A DNA stretch of 63,927 bases, the filler included, from Intoshia linei (taxonomy: Eukaryota; Animalia; Orthonectida): NCBI GenBank assembly GCA_001642005.1. It is 6 parts of 6 records of this genome, joined end to end, with 100 filler letters (N's around TTAATTAATTAA, not from the genome) between each part and the next. Parts side by side here need not be neighbours in the genome. Positions count along the whole stretch, not along the records: positions 55,465 to 60,903 come from LWCA01001769.1; positions 61,004 to 63,927 come from LWCA01002339.1; 4 more parts are not named here. The stretch is one strand, 5' to 3'. Positions within the stretch are counted from its first letter, which is position 1; each line of letters opens with the position of its first letter. Under the pieces are notes generated by a model. The model was not told the DNA's origin and ran no database searches. It saw nothing but the letters and a program-made list of their open reading frames with translations. A program made the translations under genes and the position numbers. Shown here in pieces: positions 55,365 through 63,927 of this stretch.

Positions 55365-55464
55365 NNNNNNNNNNNNNNNNNNNNNNNNNNNNNNNNNNNN
55401 NNNNNNNNTTAATTAATTAANNNNNNNNNNNNNNNNNNNNNNNNNNNNNNNNNNNNNNNNNNNN
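55365..55464. other. Assembly gap spacer
   Basis: N-run with a central TTAATTAATTAA. Confidence 0.95.
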
Positions 55465-56583
55465 AATCGATATTAACATAGCGAATAACACAATATGCAA
55501 AATAATTCAATAAAAAAAGGAAAAAAAGCATATTTATTATCACATGGTTGACGTTACCGCATAACATTATTCTATAGAAACTGTTAACATTTTTATCATC
55601 AAAATTAATTTTTATTAATTTATATGTATAAATTATAAAATTTTTTACTCAAGGTCCATTTTGATTAAAATACTTTTAATTTTTTTGTTTTCAGAATCTG
55701 TGAGGTAATTAATAGAAATTTGATAATTTTGTAAGGATTCATCAAGTCGAGATTTAGTAATTGAACCAGTAAATCTTCGTTATCTCATAAAATAATACGT
55801 TTTCAAGCTCAATTTTTTTGGTAAAATGTAAGATATGATTTGTAGCATTTTTCATCGAAAACATCTTTTTGCCAAAAAGTCAAATACAGTATTCTCTTCA
55901 CAGCTCGCCCATTAAATTAAAATATAAAGTAATAGTTTTAAAACCATTTTTTAAAATAAGTTATTTTGTTTTAAAATTTACATTTTATTGCAATTTAACC
56001 TTTAATGTAATATCTACAGTTTATATAGTTTTATATTCTCTATCTCGCTAACTTTTTCTATATATCAAAAATGGTGAGTTATAGTGAAAATACTGTAAAA
56101 CATTATAACTTCAACACAGTGATATGCTAATTTAAATTTTACAGTATCATAAAATATCCAAAAATAATCATGGCCATCATAACAGGTTTGAAATTTATAA
56201 TCATTTTCACTGTAAATTTCAGTTTTCATCTTATGTCGATATTCAGATAACTCATACAAATTGTGAATCATTATTTTCATAACAGGTCTTATAGTATAAT
56301 CATTGTTAAGTTGAAATGGTAGACTAATTTTTTTAACGGCTAAGAAAATTCCAAATAAAAAACTGGAAGTCGCGAATTTTCTACTTTTCGAAACACCCTA
56401 GTATTCATGATATTTATAAAATTTTAATTAGAATTTCTAACCAATTAAAATTTTTAAAAATATTTTTAACAGATACAATAAAATCTGACCAATATTATAT
56501 TAAATAAATATATTTTAAATTACAATGCATGGAATTTAAATAGTGTAAAAATTAAAAATATTGTATATAACATTAAAATGTAT

Positions 56584-56751
56584 TAGTGATATCTCGATAT
56601 AGTCACGTTCGATTACTTTAATTTTAGTTTAGTTGGAGTTAAATGTAAAGCCAAAATTACATAATAATTGCAAACAATATTTTTGGCTTAAAATTGTTTC
56701 TAAATAAACTAAAATTTATTAATAGAACGTGATTATATCGAGATATCACTG
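56584..56751. mobile_element. Tc1/mariner (pogo-type) MITE
   Basis: About 30-bp TIRs TAGTGATATCTCGATATAGTCACGTTC / GAACGTGATTATATCGAGATATCACTG, followed by TA. Confidence 0.8.
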
Positions 56752-56841
56752 TAATTATAATGTGTAAATAAAATTTGACAATTGATAACTCACAGGGTAA
56801 ATAATTAAACCATTAATTGGTTAAAATAAAAATATAAAAAC

Positions 56842-57091
56842 CTCTCTTTTCTCTTAAAACAGATTTTTTCTTTTCTTTCTTCTTGTGCTCTCTTACCTAA
56901 TTTATATTAAATAATATAAACACTGTCTTACCTTTTTAATAATTTTATTTCTTTTCTTTAATGTCAATCGTTTACTAGCTTTTTCTAGTTAAATTTATAA
57001 TTAATTACATTATATTACTTTATAAAATAAAAATATATTTTGGGCAACAAGCAATATTTGTTATATGACAAAAATGAAACTTACTTGACAT
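56842..57091 (-). CDS. Nucleostemin/GNL3-family nucleolar GTPase, first three exons (partial; not in the ORF track)
   Basis: Exons 57085-57091, 56932-56984 and 56842-56896 splice in phase to MSKKASKRLTLKKRNKIIKKVREHKKKEKKK, the GNL3L/Grn1 N-terminal motif (KKASKR...KIxKKVREH). Confidence 0.8.
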
Positions 57092-57379
57092 GTTTTATCA
57101 AAATATATTATCAACCACACTGAATTACTAACAATAACCATGTTATCCAGTTACTTAAAATAAACTTTTTATTTTACAATCGTAAAATTTACTAGGTTAT
57201 ATTTCAGTACAGTTATATTCAATATTTCTGTCTCGGAGTTGTTCTGATGATGTGAATCACATCTTAGATTTGATTACTAACGCTTTTGTTGGATCAGTTT
57301 CTGGGTCTTGGATAGTTTAAGCCCACTCACAAACTTTAAACTAATTTAATTTTTTTACACTTCATTAATATTCATTATT

Positions 57380-58105
57380 ATTATGGCGCATGATTTAAAC
57401 GATATTAATTACAATACTCTATATGAAATTGTAAGGGATATAGAGAGAACAATCAATTTTTGCAAAGAATTTAAGTTCATTAAATCTACACAAAGTTGTA
57501 TAGACTGGAGGAATAATGAACTGTAACAAAAAAAGTACTGATGGATACAGGTGGCGCTGTCGAAAACCATACACAAAGGAAATGTTCATACAATTAGGTA
57601 CTTTTTTTAAGCAAAGCCATTTATCCATTCCAAAAATTCTAAAGTTCATTTGTTATTGGGCGTTCAATGTTGCTTTATTTAAACTCCTAAGTAGGGAGTT
57701 AAAGATGTCATCTACAACATGATTATATATTATCCAGAAAGGATTGGGGGCCTGGTATTGAGGTTCAAATTGACGAAACTCAATTCTCCAAAAGAAAGTA
57801 CAACCGTGGAGAATTATACCCAGAACAGTGGGTATTCGGTGGAGTCGAATCGCAGTCGAAAAAGTGTTGCATTGTTACCGTACCAAGAATAACTTTGGAA
57901 GTTTTAATTAATACAATACTTTTTTTTTATAATTATACTTATATTTTGTTTATTAGGCAATACATTGAACCTGATTCCATTATTACGTCTGATGGCTGGA
58001 GATCCTATACAAGAATTTCATTATATGGTTTCCACCATGGCGTGGTAAACCACTCACAAAATTTTGTGGACCTTGACTGGTTACCACACAAATAAGATTG
58101 AATTC
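57380..58105 (+). mobile_element. Degenerate Merlin (IS1016/ISXO2-like) transposase
   Basis: DGYRWRC..GTFFKQSHLSI; VQIDETQFSKRKYNRG...QWVFGGVE; YIEPDSIITSDGWRSY; GFHHGVVNHSQNFVD..HTNKIE. Frameshifted. Confidence 0.88.
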
Positions 58106-58768
58106 ATTAAAAAGACAAAACATTCACAAATTAATGTTGATAATCTAATACTTAATATAGAGTAACTATAAAAGATATATTTTAATTAAAACTTATAATG
58201 ATTAAGTAATGAAAATATTTATTTCTATACCTGAAATTAACTAATAAATAATTATGAAAATTTGAATTATACAAATTTACTTTAATGTAAAATTTAATTT
58301 TCAAATGACTGTGCTTGAAATTGTGAAATAAAAGTTCATTTAAAAAGTTCATATTGAGTGGACTTGAACAAAACAAGACCCTAAAATCATTAAGGGAAAA
58401 GCCTAAACTAAAAATTTTTAATTTTTCATATATTTTTGTTAACGCCTTTATTTTCCCCACCTGATATATTAATATACTGATTATTGCAAACTCATTTCGA
58501 TAAAAAATAATTTTAGTTATTTTTTGGAATATACTGCTTACAATGAAATATAGTGTAAACTGTACCCAATTATTATAAAATTGTTTTTTTTATAATAATT
58601 TTTGAGTTACAACTCAGTCCCAATAAAATTAAAATTAGAATGCAAAATATACAAATAAATTGTGTAAATATAAAAAATATTGAAATAATATGAATGTTTT
58701 CATGATTGTCAATCTCCAATAACATTTCTTATTTTTAAAAGTTCATTAGTATACGTCTCTTAATTCAA

Positions 58769-60539
58769 ATGAAGCAAAAATATATGAAACCATTAAACAC
58801 TGTGGCCGAAGAGGTGCAAAATGGAAGCGAGTTAAAATTAGATATAATTTATGTTTTTATCAATCCTAGATTACCCATAATTAATCAAAAACAGTTGCCT
58901 ACTTGGATGTTACAGAATTGTGATAAGTTTGTATTGTACGGTTACAGATCTGAATTGAATAGTTTCAAAAGATGTTTTTATTCGGTTTTCTCATTGCATA
59001 ACGAAACTTTTAATATTTGGACACATTTGTTGGGTTGTATTTTATTTTTTGTCTTAGCCGCATTTTACTTGACCAGACCTGACAAAGAAATCGGTTTACA
59101 GCAAAAATTGGTATGTTATTTGTTACAATAATGATAAAATTCTTATAAACAACCGGTATCTTGCCATTACATATTTAATGAAAAATGACAATAAGTTAAG
59201 AAAAGATTTCTTTAACGTTTCATAAAATGAAAATTAAATTAAAATGTATTTTAAAGCTTTTAAATGTAGACTATGAAGGTTTTTGAGATATTGGCCAATT
59301 CTTTAAAACTGGTTAAAATAAGAATTACAAAAATCAAATTACTTTGAACCCAAAAAACCTTTGCGACCATTTCGTTGAAACCATTAGATAAGATTGACAT
59401 CTTTAAACTTATAATTTCAATGATAACAAGAGTTGACAGTAGTGATTGTGATTTCCCGGAAAATGACAAAAGTCGAGAATTAGGAAATTAAATTTCCCGG
59501 GAAAAATAAAAAAATTTTATTCATATATAATATAGAAGCATTAAAAATTTTAGAGACCTTAATTAATTTTAGAAACAAAAAGAAATTTTATTTTATTCAT
59601 TTTAGATTGTTGTGAAAAAGTGTTTCAAAACACACATAATATTGATAGATTCGTCTTTTAAACGCGTTCTACGTTTCGTAACGAAATTAGAAACAGTAGA
59701 AAAATTTCTTTCATTTTGTGTTAACGTAGGTTGAACAGTCATAAGGGCTTCCTTTAATTTTAACAATCTTGATAATAGCGTTCCAGTTCGTAACAACTCA
59801 TAATATTTTTCAAAATAATAGTAGAAAAAGAGGATAATTACATTAAGCGTTAATAATTTGTGGTTGGAATAAGATGTTTTTAAAAAAAGAATTCGAAAAA
59901 GGATATTTTTCCATTAAGGGCTGGAAAATTAGATTTTTTATTTGTGATTTGATGACGTATATTTTGCATAAGATTTTGTAAAATCGGATTTTTGAAAAAA
60001 ATATCGGTGTAAGTCAATTTTTCCATGAGGGCTTAAAATGGTATTTTTGATTAAATTTTATTATTGATGGAATTTTTGAAGTGATAAATTTTAAATATTA
60101 TAATATAATCATTTTTTCATAGTAATAACAAACATAAATCAAATACAGGTATGTCTCAATTTTTTTCGGAAAATCTCGGGAATTTTGTCTCGGTTTTTTC
60201 CCGGCACAATCACTAGTAGACAGTAATTCATACTCAAGCTTAAGCGAGTCCGCAAAAGTTAATATCTAGCTCCTATATACTTTTTATTTACAATTTGGAC
60301 TCACTAACTGCAACAATCAATTTTCAAATTCTTTCTACTTTATCGAGTACCTGCGCTAGGATTTTTATGTATCACTAACTATTTGAATATTTTATTTTTT
60401 TAATTTTACAGGACTTTTTAATACTTTGAATTTAGGTATTTACTCCATTTTTCATTGGTGTCATATTTTGCCTGGCATTTTCAACCTTATATCACACTTT
60501 AATGTGCCATTCAAACAACATTTGCCAAATGTTTCACAA
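58769..60539 (+). CDS. Adiponectin receptor (PAQR family), partial; 3' part not found before gap
   Basis: LPTWM..DKFVLYGYRSELNSFKRCFYSVFSLHNETFNIWTHLLG...QQKL, then exon 60436-60539 VFTPFFIGVIFCLAFSTLYHTLMCHS, matching ADIPOR motifs ExxNxxxH and SxxxHxxxCHS. Confidence 0.9.
59440..60215 (-). mobile_element. Non-autonomous hAT element with dimerisation-domain remnant (in the AdipoR intron)
   Basis: TIR TAGTGATTGTG / CACAATCACTA; TSD GTTGACAG / GTAGACAG; internal ALMTVQPTLTQNERNFSTVSNFVTKRRTRLKDESIN. Confidence 0.85.
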
Positions 60540-60739
60540 GTAAGCATATACTGTATACTATAGTAATTCATGGTGGGCAAACTTATTGCGGTGTACGATA
60601 TGCGGGTCGCAAAAATTTCGTGAATGCACATGAAACCAGAGGTGAAAACCGGGAGAATTGTGCGGTGGTTTTCCCGGTTGATGAAACGGTTTACAACGGT
60701 AGACAAAAAAGTAAATAAAAAAAAATGTATTTAAAGTAG

Positions 60740-60903
60740 TAAATCATTTATTGACCTGTCTATTAATGATTAAGAATAATATATCTTCAATTATATTGAA
60801 ATTAATCTTCCTCTTTGAGCTGAGAACAATTCCTAGGTCTGACACAGCCCGTTCCACAGATACCTGGGAAACCGGAATGGAGAGAATGCTCTGTGCAATA
60901 ATA
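60740..60903 (-). mobile_element. hAT transposase C-terminal dimerisation fragment
   Basis: IIAQSILSIPVSQVSVERAVSDLGIVLSSKR...IEDILFL. Confidence 0.7.
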
Positions 60904-61003
60904 NNNNNNNNNNNNNNNNNNNNNNNNNNNNNNNNNNNNNNNNNNNNTTAATTAATTAANNNNNNNNNNNNNNNNNNNNNNNNNNNNNNNNNNNNNNNNN
61001 NNN
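60904..61003. other. Assembly gap spacer
   Basis: N-run with a central TTAATTAATTAA. Confidence 0.95.
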
Positions 61004-61282
61004 GTGATTCTTTTTTATTTAAATTTTTCCAATAATTATTTTCATTGACTATGGATTATATTTTCTAATACTAACTAACTAACTACTAAATTATATTTTC
61101 TTGCATATCGAAATTTAAAATCTTTTATTTTTCAGTGAAAATGTGTAATTTTTGTTATATGATGTTTATAAATTACCATGATTCAGTATTTGAAATGCTT
61201 CAATTACAATTTATACATGTATATGAGATTGTATGTTTGGTTCCCAATCAACCCAAATACACCAACAAAATTAATATAAAAT

Positions 61283-61451
61283 ATGGATAACTTTTTGGAT
61301 TTTGATTCGATAAATAAATTGTCAAATCTTTTGGCAACTGATACAAATTGTGATGCAACTGATAGCGATTCAAGTACAGAGTACAGTTCCATGTCTCATT
61401 ATAATCCCGGTGATATTGCTAATAAAAAAATTCATAAATCGACAAAAATAG
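61283..61451 (+). CDS. Probable DNAAF6/PIH1D3 (dynein assembly factor) exon 1
   Basis: MDNFLDFDSINKLSNLLATDTNCDATDSDSSTEYSSMSHYNPGDIA followed by a GT donor, resembling the PIH1D3 N-terminus (LxxLxxLL...DSD...PGxIG). No later exons recognised. Confidence 0.55.
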
Positions 61452-61719
61452 GTATTTTTGATTTTAATATACAAGTTATACAAAATTATATTTTACTTAA
61501 ATAAAATTTAATATTTGTATTGTGTATCGGTTATTTATGAAATTAAGTTTAGAACTTCAAAAAACATAATTTATGAGTCCTTTTTTCACGACTGTTGTAT
61601 TATCATTCAATTTAATCTTAAAAAATGTAGGTTTTAATGTCGCAAATAAACATATCATTTTTAATACTTTACTGAAAATGTTTGTGTATAAAATGTTTAC
61701 ATTACAATATACTATAAAC

Positions 61720-62046
61720 TAGAAGTAGCCAACCAGTAGCCCACAGAATAATTTTGGTGGCTCTTTGAGTAAATGTGTAAATTATTTATTTTTAAATTTT
61801 TTAACTTTTAAACACCGTTTTAAACATTTTCTAATATAATTGGCTCATTTATTATAATATCATATATTATAATCATTATTTTCAGATCGCCCTCGATATT
61901 ATTTTATTGACTGTAAATATACTAGAACCATTTTTATTTAGTCCAAATTGAAATACATGTATGTGTAAATTTTCAAAAACGATGCCTGTATAATTTTTTG
62001 ATATAAAAAAAGTCGCCTACTAAATGCAAAAGGTTGCCGACCCCTG
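61720..62046. mobile_element. hAT-type MITE
   Basis: Degenerate TIRs TAGAAGTAGCCAACC / GGTTGCCGACCCCTG; TSD CTATAAAC / CAATAAAC. Confidence 0.6.
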
Positions 62047-62473
62047 CAATAAACGATTTAATTAATTAATTTTATTACACATCAATACAGGTTGATAATA
62101 TAAAATTAATAATTGAATAGTAAACTGAAGTTTACTACATATACCATAAAATATATATCCGGTTACATTACTGGTTTATTATGGTTCAAGTTGAAGCATA
62201 CATAAAAACTAAATTAACATTAACATCAACTTTATGATACAATTAAGTAAAGTTTGTAATAAAAAATTAATTTAAAAAGTCTTGTAACTATCGATTTTCA
62301 AATATAATTTAAATTTAAATTTATTGATTTAACTTTTCAAATAATTAATTTAATTTTAATTCTCCAATATTTAGACAAATATTAAAATAATTTTTTATGG
62401 AAGATTTTTTACTTATGCATGGATGCATTAAAACAATTAAAAAACTACTAGCGGAATGATTAACTTATTTACT

Positions 62474-63143
62474 CAGTAGTTATCAACCGGGGGTCGCAAA
62501 ATTTATCAGGGGGTCGTTATTTATTTTATTTTAATATAATATTGACAGTAATAATGTTACGTAAATATTTTTACATTCTGTATTACAATTTTAAATGTTC
62601 TTATTCACTCAATACATAAACTTTTCCCGATAAAATACAGGATGAAGTAATAAATTTAATCAATGATTCCACTGCACGTAATATTTTTTATGAAATACAT
62701 CTAAGTATTTTTTGGTATGATATGATTGATTTATATCCAAATGTATTTACTATTGCTTTGAGATTGCTAATATCTTTTCCGTCAGCTTATCTGTGTGAAG
62801 CAGGATTTTATACGCTTGTTTATATAAAAACCAAGTCAATAAACAGATTGAATTTTGAGTATGATATGAGGCTCGCCGTATAGCATACACTGCCAGGATA
62901 TCAATAATTATAGCTAAAATGCAACCTCAAATTTTACATGAAGAAAATAAATTTAGTTTTATAATTATAATAAATTGTACTGAGCAGTGCTCAATAAGCA
63001 CAGTATAAAATATAAATATGCTTTTTTAATAATTTTATTTATGCGAATTGATATAATGTTTAAAGTATATAAAAAATTTTTGGGTCGCGGAAATTTTTTA
63101 TGCTTATAAAAGGTCGCGAACACAAAAAGGTTTAAAACCACTG
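62474..63143 (+). mobile_element. Non-autonomous hAT (Charlie/Buster-like) element with transposase C-terminal remnant
   Basis: TIRs CAGTAGTTATCAACC / GGTTTAAAACCACTG; internal FWYDMIDLYPNVFTIALRLLISFPSAYLCEAGF..LVYIKTK..NRLNFEYDMRLAV. Confidence 0.85.
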
Positions 63144-63479
63144 TGTTAACTGGTTTATAATTTTAANCAATTTTAAATGTTCTTATTCACTCAATACATA
63201 AACTTTTCCCGATAAAATACAGGATAAAGTAATAAATTTAATCAATGATTCCACTGCACGTAATATTTTTTATTATTATTTATTATTATTTTATAATTTT
63301 AAAAATGTCACCATTTCAGTGGATGGAAAAATGAACATATTATTTTATTATTATTTTTATAGATAGTTTATTGAAAAGGTTTAAATTATATTTTTTTGAA
63401 ACACAGATTGTAATATTTCCAAATATTTCTTCTGTTTATCTCTCAAATATTGAATTTTTCAAAATCAGATTTATATGAG

Positions 63480-63927
63480 TTGTATATTAATTAAATCCTT
63501 TACTTAAATAAAATTAAAATCTGTATGTGTTACCGTTTATTTAAAAAATTGACAGTCGTAGAATTTAAAAAAACCGATTTTCTAATACATGTTTTCCCAA
63601 AGAGTGTTTATATCTATTTGTCAGTTTCAGAATTTAAATCCTTAAGGTCCAAAAACCCAATTTTTTCTTTTGTTTAATAATAAAATCAGCCCAAAAATAT
63701 AATAAAACATACAATATATTATATACATTCTGGAACACGTTTTAAAATGATTACCATTGTCGTAAATGCAGCCTCAGAAATACATATTTTCATGGTCAAC
63801 ACCAAAAATGAAACATATCCTAAAATTTTATAAAAAATAAATTATTGAATAGTTTTTAAAATCGTAAACGTAAACCTAAACATAAATAAATTGTAAAAAC
63901 AGAACTAGTGTTTAGGCTAACCGAAGA
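63480..63927. repeat. Foldback-like dispersed repeat copy (one arm)
   Basis: Colinear with 6283-6600, 23610-23950 and 25665-25810 (GTGTTACCGT...AGAATTTAAAAAAACC...AAAAACCCAA). Confidence 0.7.

Noticed and set aside
55480-56400. Minus-strand fragmented ORFs next to a TAGGGTG terminus
   Set aside because: Probably transposon-derived, but there is no diagnostic motif, so it is not called as a gene or classified element.
63167-63270. Near-exact direct repeat of about 62586-62690
   Set aside because: It begins at an isolated N (63168), so it is most likely a contig-overlap artefact.

Overview
This is a very AT-rich eukaryotic (animal-type) genomic window. It comprises six contigs joined by five 100-bp gap spacers (N44-TTAATTAATTAA-N44). 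Host genes are compact and highly divergent. Most introns are about 34-60 bp, with a few kb-scale introns packed with transposon debris. Recognisable genes: ArfGAP1-like 3' exons, a Tctex1-domain dynein light chain, NEK4, B9D2 exon 1, LENG8/THP3, type I PIP5K, a long-chain acyl-CoA synthetase pseudogene, ZFYVE28/Lst2, MORN2, DLAT (PDH E2), the GNL3/nucleostemin 5' end, AdipoR (PAQR) and probable DNAAF6/PIH1D3 exon 1. Mobile DNA is diverse and decayed: hAT remnants and MITEs, hATm-like, Tigger/pogo, Tc1, Merlin, piggyBac-like, Ty3/Gypsy, and an abundant palindromic foldback-like repeat family. The least explained parts are an orphan-gene island at about 28.8-38.7 kb, carrying three inverted copies of a small spliced Thr-rich, secreted-like gene, and a candidate saposin-like gene at about 13 kb. 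The style (low GC, tiny introns, divergent animal proteins, ciliary genes) suggests a reduced ciliated invertebrate such as an orthonectid, but this is inference only. All family calls come from manual motif recognition, not database searches. I found no clearly new multi-gene system; the best leads are ranked in findings.
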